Shown: piece after piece, positions 1 to 9,115 of the stretch
Position numbering within the stretch: position 1 is the stretch's first letter
How the letters are laid out: every line of letters begins with the position of its first letter
Assembly (NCBI GenBank): GCA_945861165.1
Contig: CAMATO010000001.1
Coordinates: 1 to 34,483 of the forward strand
Reading direction: 5' to 3'
Origin: Bifidobacterium breve
Lineage (GTDB): Bacteria; Actinomycetota; Actinomycetes; S36-B12; UBA5976
DNA length: 34,483 nucleotides
Notes under the pieces: model-generated
Database searches by the model: none
Told to the model about the DNA's origin: nothing
What the model saw: the letters and a program-made list of their open reading frames with translations, nothing else
Translations under genes and position numbers: made by a program

Positions 1-2
1 CA

Positions 3-212
3 GAAACTGCAATTGCTTGGTTAAGGGATAGAAAGAGTGTGGCATCAGTAATTTTAGGAGCACGTAATTTGGCTCAGTTAAAAATCTTGCTTAATTCGGA
101 TAATTTGGTTTTACCATTAGAGATAATTAATGCGCTATCAGATGTTTCTGCACCTCATGCTTCTTATCCTGATTCAGGATGGGCTCAACTTTCTAAAGAT
201 AGAGGAAACTAA
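3..212 (+). CDS. aldo/keto reductase family protein, C-terminal fragment (5' end outside window)
   Basis: Frame 3 is open from the window edge to TAA at 210-212. My translation is ETAIAWLRDRKSVASVILGARNLAQLKILLNSDNLVLPLEIINALSDVSAPHASYPDSGWAQLSKDRGN, which resembles the C-terminal end of AKR proteins (AIAW..., ILGAR..QL..N). It is missing from the ORF track because it has no start codon in the window. Confidence 0.55.
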   Translation, partial: ETAIAWLRDRKSVASVILGARNLAQLKILLNSDNLVLPLEIINALSDVSAPHASYPDSGWAQLSKDRGN

Positions 213-214
213 CT

Positions 215-400
215 TTGTACAGCAATTGGGAGATCAGAGAAGTTCCCTTACCCTCTCACGTATCTAGAAGAGATGCAAAAATAATTTTAACTGAATTAGC
301 CGAGTATGGTCGCTGGGAATTAGTTCGTACGAGAATTTATCCTAATGGGGTTAAACGAATGTGGGTAAAGAAAAAAATACAGAAAATAGTAAGAACTTAA
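215..400 (+). CDS. DUF5703-like small protein
   Basis: 61-aa ORF with a TTG start. The sequence (EIREVPLP...RRDAKIILTELAEYGRWELVRTRIYPNGVKRMWVKKKI) matches my memory of the actinobacterial DUF5703 family, which usually sits next to an M20 peptidase. Its stop overlaps the convergent M20 stop (TTAA). Confidence 0.6.
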   Translation: MYSNWEIREVPLPSHVSRRDAKIILTELAEYGRWELVRTRIYPNGVKRMWVKKKIQKIVRT

Positions 401-1707
401 AGATCTTTTATAAATCTGTGCATTGTTCGTGCACCAAATTGCAATGAGGAAATTGGAATTCTTTCATCATGTCCATGAAATAGGCTCGTGAAATCAAGAT
501 CGTTAGGTAAAAGTAGTGGTGTGAAACCATAACCTTTGATACCAAATTTCGACATTGCTTTGGCATCTGTTCCACCAGAAAGCATGTATGGGACTACTTT
601 GGCTGCTGGGTCTTCAATACTTAGCGCATTGACCATTGATTCAACTATTCCAGATTTGAACGGAGCTTCTAAAGCTACATCAAGTGTTTCTGCTTCAACG
701 CTAATATCTTTACCAACTACTGCTTTTATTTCTTTCAGGAATGTTTCTGAGTTCCCAGGTAAAAATCGTCCATCTACGTAAGCTGTAGCTTCGCCAGGAA
801 TAACATTTACTTTATATCCAGCAGTCAACATTGTTGGATTAGCTGTATCGGACAAAGTTGCTGAAACTAACTTAGCTAAAGTTCCCAAAAGTGCGACAAC
901 TTTCTCGGGATCATTTTCATCAAATATCATGCCATGGGCTATTGCGGTTTCTTCCAAAAGTCCTCTTACCGAATCCTTTATCGTGATAGGAAATTTATGT
1001 GAACTCAAGTTTGTAATTGCGGTGGAAATTTTGTTGATTGCATTATCGTTATTAGTCATTGAGCCATGGCCTGCTGTACCTTTAGCGGTCAATTTCATCC
1101 AAGCTAAGCCTTTTTGAGCAGTTTCTATTAGATACAGGCGAACACCGTTACTTAAAGTATGGGAGAAGCCGCCTACTTCGCCTATTGCTTCTGTTGCATT
1201 TTCGAAATATTCAGGATAATTTTTGGTTACATAATGACTACCAAATAATCCTCCTGCTTCTTCGTCAGCAAAAAATATTAATGAAATAGTTCTCTTAGGT
1301 TTCCAACCATTATTTATGAGTTTATATAAACTGGCCAAAATCATCGCGTTACCGTTTTTCATATCTACGGCGCCTCTGCCCCAAATCATATTTTTATCGA
1401 TGATTGCTTCGAAGGCAGGTTTTGACCATTTTTCTTTTTCAACTGGGACAACATCGAGATGGCCATGCAAAACTACTCCAGGAAGTTTTTTGTCTGTACC
1501 TTCTATAATTGCCACTACAGAACATCTTTGTTTATCTGGTCCAACAATTTTGTAATCAATATTCAATTCATTAAGAATGTTGCCAACATATTCAGCTGCT
1601 TTTATTTCTCCATTACTTTTAGCGTTGCCAAAGTTAGTAGTATCAAATCTGATTAGGTCTTGGCAGTATTGAACAACTCTATTTTCCAGATCAGCTGTGT
1701 TTGACAT
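397..1707 (-). CDS. M20/M25/M40 family metallo-hydrolase (dipeptidase/desuccinylase-like)
   Basis: 436 aa with M20 metal-site motifs: VVLHGHLDVVP, WGRGAVDMKNG, FFADEEAGG, and HGHDERI near the C-terminus. Confidence 0.85.
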   Translation of the reverse strand: MSNTADLENRVVQYCQDLIRFDTTNFGNAKSNGEIKAAEYVGNILNELNIDYKIVGPDKQRCSVVAIIEGTDKKLPGVVLHGHLDVVPVEKEKWSKPAFEAIIDKNMIWGRGAVDMKNGNAMILASLYKLINNGWKPKRTISLIFFADEEAGGLFGSHYVTKNYPEYFENATEAIGEVGGFSHTLSNGVRLYLIETAQKGLAWMKLTAKGTAGHGSMTNNDNAINKISTAITNLSSHKFPITIKDSVRGLLEETAIAHGMIFDENDPEKVVALLGTLAKLVSATLSDTANPTMLTAGYKVNVIPGEATAYVDGRFLPGNSETFLKEIKAVVGKDISVEAETLDVALEAPFKSGIVESMVNALSIEDPAAKVVPYMLSGGTDAKAMSKFGIKGYGFTPLLLPNDLDFTSLFHGHDERIPISSLQFGARTMHRFIKDL

Positions 1708-1781
1708 TATAAATCCATTTTGCCGACCTGACGGGGTTGCAGTTGATTTCGGTGTCCATTGTTATCGTGTGAGTCAAGTAA

Positions 1782-1865
1782 GTCCGGATGGCGGAATTGG
1801 TAGACGCGCTAGCTTGAGGTGTTAGTCCCTTTACGGGGATGGGGGTTCAAGTCCCCCTTCGGACA
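1782..1865 (+). tRNA. tRNA-Leu (anticodon GAG), long variable arm, no encoded CCA
   Basis: Hand-folded cloverleaf. Acceptor stem GTCCGGA/TTCGGAC (one G-U pair). Anticodon stem CTAGC/GTTAG with loop TTGAGGT (anticodon GAG). Long variable arm. T-arm GGGGG-TTCAAGT-CCCCC. Discriminator A at 1865 followed by CTT. Confidence 0.9.
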
Positions 1866-1866
1866 C

Positions 1867-2424
1867 TTAGATTACAAATTGTAGAAATATTGCTGCACCC
1901 ACGACCAAGAACCAACCCAATGTTAGAAATCCGGTAAATGGCACCAGCATCTTTAATATTTGACTGCGAGAATTTTTTAGTAAATCCCTCATCGTTAAAA
2001 AGAATATCGGAACAGTCATTCCCCAAACAACAATGCAATAAGGGCACAGAATTTCGATAACATAAATGCTCTGAAAAGCCAACCATGATACAAACAATGT
2101 TGCTGAACCACTAACCAAAGCTATTACCTGCAACATCCATTTAGGAACATATAAATCCATCAAAATGAGAACACCCAGTAGGGCCAAAATTGGAAAACTA
2201 CTCACACCAATGATGCTGTTAGGAAAACCAAGGACCGATGCTTGCGCAGTCTTTACTACGTTGCCACAAGCCAAAACTGAATTAACATTACAACTTGAAA
2301 TATAATTAGGATTTTCCAGAATCTTGATCTTATCTACCGTTAAAATAAATGATGAAAACCAACCAATGACACCTCCGACACTGAGCAGCCAACCTAAGTT
2401 TTTACTTGCGATCCTGTTTTTCAT
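1867..2424 (-). CDS. vitamin K epoxide reductase (VKOR) family membrane protein (DsbB analogue)
   Basis: 185 aa and multi-TM. It has a loop Cys pair C-x7-C (SCNVNSVLAC) and a membrane CxxC (CPYC), the VKOR signature. Its ATG directly follows the upstream stop (TAAATG). Confidence 0.8.
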   Translation of the reverse strand: MKNRIASKNLGWLLSVGGVIGWFSSFILTVDKIKILENPNYISSCNVNSVLACGNVVKTAQASVLGFPNSIIGVSSFPILALLGVLILMDLYVPKWMLQVIALVSGSATLFVSWLAFQSIYVIEILCPYCIVVWGMTVPIFFLTMRDLLKNSRSQILKMLVPFTGFLTLGWFLVVGAAIFLQFVI

Positions 2425-2976
2425 TTATTCAATCACTCCCATGTGAGCCAATGCCAATTTCAACAATTTGGACTGTCCACCGGTCATTTCATCTGAAACC
2501 TTTTTGCTTTGTGCTTCTAGCGGTGTCAACCATGCAAGATCCAAAGCATTTTGGCTTGGTTGACAATCACCTTTCACAACCACCACGAACGCCAAGCTAA
2601 CAGCATGTTGTCGAGGATCATGAAAACCTGAAACATTTGGGTCTGGAAAATATTCAACAACAGTAAATGGTGTGGGACTAGGAGAAAGTTGTGGAAGTGC
2701 AGTTGAGCCTAAGTCTTTTTCTAAATGTCTAAGCAGTGCATTTCTAATTCTTTCACCATAAAGTACCCGACCTGAAACCATAGCTCTGCTAATGCTTCCA
2801 TCAGGCATACCGCGCAACAATAATCCAATTTGTGTTACATTTCCTAATTCATCTGTCCGAACTGGTATCGCATCAATATATAAAATCGGAAGTCTCTCGC
2901 GCACAAACTCAATTTGTTCATCATTAAGCCACGCACCGCGTTGATCAGTTTCATTAATCAGACTCATGCTGCGCAC
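2425..2976 (-). CDS. Nudix-like protein with degenerate Nudix box (DUF4916-like)
   Basis: 183 aa. A recognisable but degenerate Nudix box, G-RVLYG-E-RIRNALL-RHLEKD-LG (residues 69-90), deviates from GX5EX7REUXEEXGU. An alternative start at M4 is possible. Confidence 0.6.
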   Translation of the reverse strand: MRSMSLINETDQRGAWLNDEQIEFVRERLPILYIDAIPVRTDELGNVTQIGLLLRGMPDGSISRAMVSGRVLYGERIRNALLRHLEKDLGSTALPQLSPSPTPFTVVEYFPDPNVSGFHDPRQHAVSLAFVVVVKGDCQPSQNALDLAWLTPLEAQSKKVSDEMTGGQSKLLKLALAHMGVIE

Positions 2977-3088
2977 TCTCCTATTTCTTCATTCTAGACT
3001 TCAAAGGTTTATTTTGCATTCTAAGACTTACGAATTATGCAAAGAGTCAACCAAAATTTTCACTTGTACCCCCATTAGGTTAAGTGTT

Positions 3089-3820
3089 ATGACAGGAAAA
3101 GTGTTCCAAAATGTTCCCACCAGCATTTCACTTGCGATTTGGGGAACCGCCTTCATGCAGGGCCGAGAGACCTTGGAAAGAGCAGTCGATTGCATCTCAG
3201 AGGCTCCCCGCACCGTTTCAACTTTATTGACCCAAGAATCTTTAGCAATCTTTTTGTCTAATTTAAGAATTGGTGGCACGACTGCATTGCGTTGCCATTT
3301 TCCGATTACCGGAGACATGGACTCAATCATTGGGACAGATGAATTTGTTGACGTTGCCCTTGAATCTGGTCACGTCATCACCACCAGAGGTGGGATGGTC
3401 TTGGGAATATACGAGGAAACAATTTACTGGGTAGCATCCCAAAGAATTAAAGAACCCATTATGTTAAAAAATAATTGGCAAGATATGGATAAACAACTGA
3501 GTAATTTGCTGCATGAAACTAGTGAGGAAATTGAAGCTTTTGATTTAGTGCATGGAAATCAGGAGGCACACGATTTTCTAATTGATTTGGAGCACGATAT
3601 TACAATTCAGGTTTATCCTGACGATCAACCTGAGAGAGTTACTTTTCTGCTGGGCAGACTTCTTAGAGTACTGGCCATTACAGAATTTGCCATGGAAAAT
3701 CAAATTAATTCCTTTAGCGCCACTAAGCAATCTATGTGGTCTACTCCGATAGTTGACTTAAATAGGACGTGTAGAAAAGGTTTATCAGCAGTTGTTAATT
3801 ACGCACTGACAACAAATTAA
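3089..3820 (+). CDS. hypothetical protein (no family recognised)
   Basis: Long uninterrupted ORF. The track start at 2966 would overlap the divergent gene, so I prefer the ATG at 3089, which has AGG about 9 nt upstream. The middle part is acidic (EEIEAFDLVHGNQEAHDFLIDLEHD). I can identify no catalytic or TM motif. Confidence 0.5.
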   Translation: MTGKVFQNVPTSISLAIWGTAFMQGRETLERAVDCISEAPRTVSTLLTQESLAIFLSNLRIGGTTALRCHFPITGDMDSIIGTDEFVDVALESGHVITTRGGMVLGIYEETIYWVASQRIKEPIMLKNNWQDMDKQLSNLLHETSEEIEAFDLVHGNQEAHDFLIDLEHDITIQVYPDDQPERVTFLLGRLLRVLAITEFAMENQINSFSATKQSMWSTPIVDLNRTCRKGLSAVVNYALTTN

Positions 3821-4588
3821 TTAAGCACCCATGGAATGGTAGCCACCATCAACATGAATTATTTCACCTGATGTGGCGGGAAACCAGTCTGAAAGTAAAG
3901 CCACAACAGCTTTAGCAGATGGCACTGGATCAGAAATCTTCCAACCTAAGGGAGATCTAGCAGCCCATGCTTCTTCAAATTTTTCAAATCCGGGAATATG
4001 TTTTGCTGCAACAGTATTAAGTGGTCCTGCTGCAATTAAATTAACTCGAATATTTTTAGGTCCTAGATGTCTTGCTAAATATCTTGAAGTTGATTCAAGT
4101 GCTGCTTTAGCAACTCCCATCCAGTCATATTGTGGCCAAGAAACAGTTGCGTCAAAATCAAGTCCCACAATGCTGCCACCATCAGGCATTAGCTCAATAC
4201 AAGCCATTGAAAGTGATTTAAATGAATAGGCTGAAACCTGTAAAGCAGTTGCCACATCTGGCCATTCAGTGCTAAGAAAATTTCCTCCCAGAGCTGATTG
4301 CGGTGCAAAACCAATTGCATGAACAACACCGTCAAGTGTTGGGGAATGTTTTTTTATTTCAGCGGATAAATTTGACAGGTTTTCTTCACTGGTGACATCT
4401 AATTCCAAAATTTTGGCTGGGTGTGGCAATCTGGCGTTGGCTCGCTCAGTTGCGCCCATGGCGCGACCAAAGGAGCTTAATAAAACAGTGCCACCTTCTT
4501 CTTGAATAATTTTTGCCACAGAAAAAGCAATCGAATGATCTGTTAGGACTCCTGTTACCAGAATTGTTTTACCCTGCATTATTCCCAT
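3821..4588 (-). CDS. inhA: NADH-dependent enoyl-ACP reductase (InhA/FabI type)
   Basis: 255 aa, collinear with M. tuberculosis InhA: GKTILVTGV..SIAF, LDGVVHAIGF, GGSIVGLDFD, Y..W.GVAKAALES, LLSDWFPATSGEIIHVDGG. Confidence 0.9.
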   Translation of the reverse strand: MGIMQGKTILVTGVLTDHSIAFSVAKIIQEEGGTVLLSSFGRAMGATERANARLPHPAKILELDVTSEENLSNLSAEIKKHSPTLDGVVHAIGFAPQSALGGNFLSTEWPDVATALQVSAYSFKSLSMACIELMPDGGSIVGLDFDATVSWPQYDWMGVAKAALESTSRYLARHLGPKNIRVNLIAAGPLNTVAAKHIPGFEKFEEAWAARSPLGWKISDPVPSAKAVVALLSDWFPATSGEIIHVDGGYHSMGA

Positions 4589-4591
4589 TTT

Positions 4592-5302
4592 TTAATGTCC
4601 CATTCCTAATCCGCCATCAACTGGAATTACTGCACCAGTTATGTAAGAAGCATCATCTGATGCTAAAAATCTAACTACTCCTGCTATTTCACTTGCACTT
4701 GCAGTTCTACCTAAAGGTGTGTTTGCCGTTATCATTTCTTTACGTGCTGGTTCTAAGTCATTGGTCATATCGGTATCAACATATCCAGGTGCCACAACAT
4801 TTACTGTCACACCTCTACTGCCTACTTCGCGTGCTAAAGATCTAGCTGCACCAATTAATCCTGCTTTTGTGCTGGCGTAAACCATTTGTCCAGGAGAACC
4901 TAAAAGTCCTACAACTGATCCTATAAAAATTATTCTTCCTTTTCTGTTTTTCATCATGGATTTAACACTTCTTCGAGCAACTCTCAAAGAACCCATCAAG
5001 TTAGTGTTGATGATGCTTTCCATGTCAACATCTTCTAATCTCATAGCCAATGAATCCTTGTTTGTTCCAGCATTAATTACAACGACTTCTAAAGGACCAA
5101 GATTTTTTTCTATTTCATCAATTGCATTGTCAATACTTTTACTGTCCGTGACGTCAGCTTTAACCATATAGAAATCACCAGTCGGTTTATTTTCGCGATA
5201 TGAAATTGCCACTTTGAAACCATCTAAGGCAAATCTTTGAGCAATTGCAAGACCAATGCCTCTATTGCCCCCAGTTACAAAAACTACTCCGTTTACAGAC
5301 AT
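4592..5302 (-). CDS. fabG: 3-oxoacyl-ACP reductase (FabG/MabA type SDR)
   Basis: 236 aa SDR with TGGNRGIGLA, NAG and YASTKAG (YxxxK). It lies immediately upstream of inhA, as in the mycobacterial mabA-inhA operon. Confidence 0.85.
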   Translation of the reverse strand: MSVNGVVFVTGGNRGIGLAIAQRFALDGFKVAISYRENKPTGDFYMVKADVTDSKSIDNAIDEIEKNLGPLEVVVINAGTNKDSLAMRLEDVDMESIINTNLMGSLRVARRSVKSMMKNRKGRIIFIGSVVGLLGSPGQMVYASTKAGLIGAARSLAREVGSRGVTVNVVAPGYVDTDMTNDLEPARKEMITANTPLGRTASASEIAGVVRFLASDDASYITGAVIPVDGGLGMGH

Positions 5303-5426
5303 GCCTCTTAACTTACCTCGTGGAGCCCGAAATATTGGCTGCTAGCCTGCTTGTGGGGCATTTAGAATCGCGAAGTACGAAAAATTGGCGTAGCGTTGAT
5401 ATTAATAGGAAGGCATTTGAGACCTT

Positions 5427-5717
5427 ATGAGTAATCAAGAAGAGCCCCCAGTTTACGCCATTACAAATGCAGCTACGGGCTTGAGTTTTGATCAAGCAGG
5501 TAGGAAAAAGCGATATTTAATTTCCATGAGTTTAAGAACTATTTGTTTTGTAGGAGCCATTTTTGCACAAGGTAATCTTCGTTGGGTGTTAATTTTTGGA
5601 GCGATATTTCTGCCCTACATCGCGGTGGTAATAGCCAATGCTGGTCGGGAAAACTATTTTTTCAGCGGCAAAAATGCCGAATCTCCAACTAAAGCCATTG
5701 ATTCGGGCTCAAACTAA
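5427..5717 (+). CDS. DUF3099 family small membrane protein
   Basis: 96 aa with two TM helices. RKKRYLISMSLRTICFV...PYIAVVIANAGRE resembles actinobacterial DUF3099. Confidence 0.65.
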   Translation: MSNQEEPPVYAITNAATGLSFDQAGRKKRYLISMSLRTICFVGAIFAQGNLRWVLIFGAIFLPYIAVVIANAGRENYFFSGKNAESPTKAIDSGSN

Positions 5718-5749
5718 TTACGAAGTGGAAGTAGTCTTACAGCAAGCTC

Positions 5750-6448
5750 ATGTTTAAAAATCTGCTACGACCACGCTGGATCATCTTAACTTTCTTGCTT
5801 GCCATCCTAATTTATCTGTTTATAGAACTTTCTGGTTGGCAGTTTGATCGATACCATCAAAGAATTGATCGTAATAAAGATTTTGTTACCGCGGTAGCTG
5901 GTGTCCCTATACCAATTGAAAATGTCTCACAACTAAATAACTTAAAACAATGGGGCAAGGTCTCGTTGTCAGGACAATACCTCGACGCAGAATCGAAATT
6001 AGTAAGGAAAAGATATCTTAAAAATAGTTTAGGCTTTTGGGTGCTGACACCTTTCCAATTAGCAAATAAAGAGATCATATTGGTTAATCGAGGTTGGATA
6101 CCCTCAGCCAATTCCTCTACATCTGAGCTTGCAATTCCTAGCAGTCCAACCCAGCAAGTATTAATTGAAGGTTATTTGCGACCAATGGAAAAATTTAAAG
6201 CAAATCCTACTGATTTACCGTCTAATCAAATTAATGATATCAATATAGAAAAATTCCAGGGTAATATTTACCCAAATTTCTATGTTCAAGTGGGCAAATC
6301 TAACCCAGCAGAAAAAGACATAGGAATAATTTATTTACCAGAGGTTTCTAACGGTCCACATCTAAGCTATGCGATTCAATGGATACTTTTTGCATTATTA
6401 CTACCAATTGGGTGGTATGTGTTATTGAAGAATGAAGATAAAAACTAA
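5750..6448 (+). CDS. SURF1 family cytochrome oxidase assembly protein
   Basis: 232 aa with N- and C-terminal TM helices flanking a periplasmic domain. Contains the typical GWQ..R, VNRGWIP and HLSYAIQW motifs. Confidence 0.8.
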   Translation: MFKNLLRPRWIILTFLLAILIYLFIELSGWQFDRYHQRIDRNKDFVTAVAGVPIPIENVSQLNNLKQWGKVSLSGQYLDAESKLVRKRYLKNSLGFWVLTPFQLANKEIILVNRGWIPSANSSTSELAIPSSPTQQVLIEGYLRPMEKFKANPTDLPSNQINDINIEKFQGNIYPNFYVQVGKSNPAEKDIGIIYLPEVSNGPHLSYAIQWILFALLLPIGWYVLLKNEDKN

Positions 6449-8310
6449 CTAACGAATTGTTGATTGTAAAGATCTGAATATACTTCGTTTGTCTTGAGTA
6501 ATTCGTTATGATTTCCTATGGCAATCAATTTGCCTTCTTTTATCACAGCAATTTGTTCAGCATTAATGATGGTGGAAAGTCTATGTGCGATAACTACTGA
6601 GGTTCTTCCTTGCAAAACTGTAGCTAGTGCCACTTGAACAGCGGCCTCGTTTTCGTTATCCAAATGGGCAGTTGCTTCATCAAGAATTACTATTCGGGGT
6701 TGTTTTAAGAAAACTCTTGCGATGGCAATTCTTTGTTTTTCTCCACCACTTAATCTATATCCACGATCTCCCACAATAGTATCTAATTTATCGGGTAAAG
6801 ATTTCACAAAGTCTGCTATTTGCGCACTACTTAGCGCACTCCAAATTTCCTCTTCACTGGCGCCTTTCTTTGCATAAAGCAAATTATTTTCTATTGTGTC
6901 GTGAAATAAATGTGAATCTTGAGTTACAACACCAATATTATTTTTAATATCAGTTCGCAATACATTTTTTATGTCAGAATTTCCAACTAAAACTTGGCCT
7001 TCTGTTGGGTCATATAGGCGAGCTATTAACTGGGAGATTGTGGTCTTGCCACTCCCACTCGGTCCTACTAACGCCAACATTGTGCCTGAACTAACTTTGA
7101 AAGAAATGTGGTTTAAAACAGTGTTCTTAGTGTCGTTTTCAAGTTTTCCGTCACTGGCAAGCTCCAATGATTCCAACCCAACATCAGCTCTTGAAGGGTA
7201 ATAAAACGAAACATTTTTAAATTCAATATCAAGTGGGCCTTCGACAAATTTTTGTGGTGATGACGAATCTTTCACAAGTGGTTGTAAATCTAGTACTTCA
7301 AAGACTCGTTCAAAAGAAACAAGTGCTGTCATGATGTCTACTCGAACATTTGAAAGTGAAGTCAAAGGTCCATAGAGCCTGGCCAGCAGTGCAGTAAGTG
7401 CTAAGAGAGTTCCCAAAGTTAAGTCACCTGAAATTACTAGTGATCCCCCAAAACCGTAAACAATGGCTGTGGCAATGGTTGCTACCGTTGTTAACGCAAC
7501 AAAGAAAACCATGTTGGTCATGGCAATGCGTACCCCAATATCTTTTACTCGTGATGCCTTTTTGGAAAAACTACTTCCTTCTAATATTGGATCTCCAAAG
7601 AGTTTCACCAGTAAAGCTCCTGAAACGTTAAATCTTTCTGTCATGGTTTGACTCATTTCAGCATTCAAAGTCATTTGTTCCCTGGACAATGATTGAACTC
7701 TTTTACCCATCCATTTAGCTGGAATCAAGAAGACCGGTAGCAAAATCAATGATGTCAAAGTTATTTGCCAAGAAAGAATAATCATTGTACTTAAAACAAT
7801 AATTAGACTTATGCCATTTGAAATAATTCCACTCAGTGTTGATGTAAACGCTTGTTGGGCACCAATTACGTCACCATTAACTCTGGAAATAAGAGAACCG
7901 GTTTGGGTTCTAGTAAAGAAGGCAATCGGTTGGGCTTGGACATGATTAAAAACCTGAGTGCGAAGCGTTAGAATTAATCCTTCTCCGATTCTGGAGCTAT
8001 ATAAACGGCCAATAATGCTCAAACCAGCTGAAAGTATCGCTAAGACTCCTACATAAATTGCAGTTGTTATCACAATGTTTTTGTTACCAGCTGTTATGCC
8101 ATCATCGATTATTCTTTTGAAAAGTAAGGGTTGCGCAACTACCAGGAAAGCATCGATAACCACAATTGCGATTAGCAGTAAAATATCTTTTTTTAGAGGT
8201 TTGGCATATTCCAGAACTCTATTAACAGTTCCATTTCTAATCCCACGTTTTTTTACACTCGAATCTCGAGTAAGAGATCGATAAGTTTCCCAGATTTGCA
8301 TTTGACTCAT
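6445..8310 (-). CDS. ABC exporter, fused permease/ATPase (type I, homodimeric?)
   Basis: 621 aa. N-terminal six-TM domain, Walker A GPSGSGKTT, signature LSGGEKQR, Walker B ILDEATAHLD. Confidence 0.85.
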   Translation of the reverse strand: MSQMQIWETYRSLTRDSSVKKRGIRNGTVNRVLEYAKPLKKDILLLIAIVVIDAFLVVAQPLLFKRIIDDGITAGNKNIVITTAIYVGVLAILSAGLSIIGRLYSSRIGEGLILTLRTQVFNHVQAQPIAFFTRTQTGSLISRVNGDVIGAQQAFTSTLSGIISNGISLIIVLSTMIILSWQITLTSLILLPVFLIPAKWMGKRVQSLSREQMTLNAEMSQTMTERFNVSGALLVKLFGDPILEGSSFSKKASRVKDIGVRIAMTNMVFFVALTTVATIATAIVYGFGGSLVISGDLTLGTLLALTALLARLYGPLTSLSNVRVDIMTALVSFERVFEVLDLQPLVKDSSSPQKFVEGPLDIEFKNVSFYYPSRADVGLESLELASDGKLENDTKNTVLNHISFKVSSGTMLALVGPSGSGKTTISQLIARLYDPTEGQVLVGNSDIKNVLRTDIKNNIGVVTQDSHLFHDTIENNLLYAKKGASEEEIWSALSSAQIADFVKSLPDKLDTIVGDRGYRLSGGEKQRIAIARVFLKQPRIVILDEATAHLDNENEAAVQVALATVLQGRTSVVIAHRLSTIINAEQIAVIKEGKLIAIGNHNELLKTNEVYSDLYNQQFVS

Positions 8311-8345
8311 ATAAGAACAAGTCTAGTCTTACTCAATTTCGTGTA

Positions 8346-8669
8346 TTAAAGATTGAATCCCAATGCTCTAAGCATTTGTCGACCTTCGTCAGTAATTTTG
8401 TCTGGCCCCCAGGGTGGCATCCAAACCCAGTTGATTTTAAATTCAGTCACAATTCCATTAAGCGCAGCCTTAGTTTGATCCTCGATCACATCAGTCAGTG
8501 GACAAGCAGCTGAAGTTAAAGTCATATCGATAACTGCGGAACCATCATCTTTTACTTCAACACCATAAATTAAACCTAGATCTACTACGTTAATTCCTAA
8601 TTCTGGATCGACAACATCATGAAGTGCTTCATAAACATTTTCAGATGATGCTTTGGTATCAACAGACAC
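8346..8669 (-). CDS. sufT: DUF59/SufT-like Fe-S cluster assembly protein
   Basis: 107 aa with DPELGINVVDLGLIY and LTSAACPL motifs. It is the last gene of the suf operon, as Rv1466 is in M. tuberculosis. Confidence 0.8.
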   Translation of the reverse strand: MSVDTKASSENVYEALHDVVDPELGINVVDLGLIYGVEVKDDGSAVIDMTLTSAACPLTDVIEDQTKAALNGIVTEFKINWVWMPPWGPDKITDEGRQMLRALGFNL

Positions 8670-8671
8670 TT

Positions 8672-9115
8672 TTACTCCCCTTTTGCTCTAATAATTGCAT
8701 CTTTAGCGGCCATCCATGACAAGAGGGCACACTTTATTCGGGCTGGATATTGTGCAACCCCAATCATGGATACTCCATCTCCCAGTAAGTCTTCATTGGG
8801 TTCAAACTTTCCTTTGCTTTGCATCATGGCTAAAAACTCTTCACTTGATTTGTTGAAGTCTGTTAAATTCTTACCATCAATTTGTTCAAACATAATGCTG
8901 GCCGAAGCTTGACTTATCGAACATCCAGTTGAAGCATATGAAATTTTTTTGATACTGTTGCCGTCTTCGCTTAGTTGCACACGAACCGTTATTTCATCCC
9001 CACAAGTGGTATTAACGTGATGAGCCTCCCCACCAAATGTTTCTTGTAAACCTTTACCGCGAGGTGATTTGTAGTGATCCAAAATCACTTCTTGATACAT
9101 GTTCGATAAATTCAT
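8672..9115 (-). CDS. sufU: SUF system NifU/IscU-type scaffold SufU
   Basis: 147 aa with three conserved Cys contexts (NTTCGDE, GCSISQAS, RIKCALL). Its ATG overlaps the sufS stop (TAATG). Confidence 0.9.
   Translation of the reverse strand: MNLSNMYQEVILDHYKSPRGKGLQETFGGEAHHVNTTCGDEITVRVQLSEDGNSIKKISYASTGCSISQASASIMFEQIDGKNLTDFNKSSEEFLAMMQSKGKFEPNEDLLGDGVSMIGVAQYPARIKCALLSWMAAKDAIIRAKGE

Noticed and set aside
1708-1781. Candidate promoter for tRNA-Leu (TTGCAG ... TATCGT)
   Set aside because: The spacing between the -35-like and -10-like (TANNNT) hexamers is poor (14 or 20 nt), so the call would be a guess.
1782-1865. tRNA-Leu as an integration hotspot flanked by an island
   Set aside because: There is no integrase, I noticed no duplicated tRNA 3' segment nearby, and the flanking genes are ordinary.
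2966-3088. N-terminal extension of the track ORF 2966..3820
   Set aside because: It would overlap the divergent Nudix-like gene start and consume the whole divergent promoter region. Its sequence is unstructured. The internal ATG at 3089 has an AGG upstream and is preferred.
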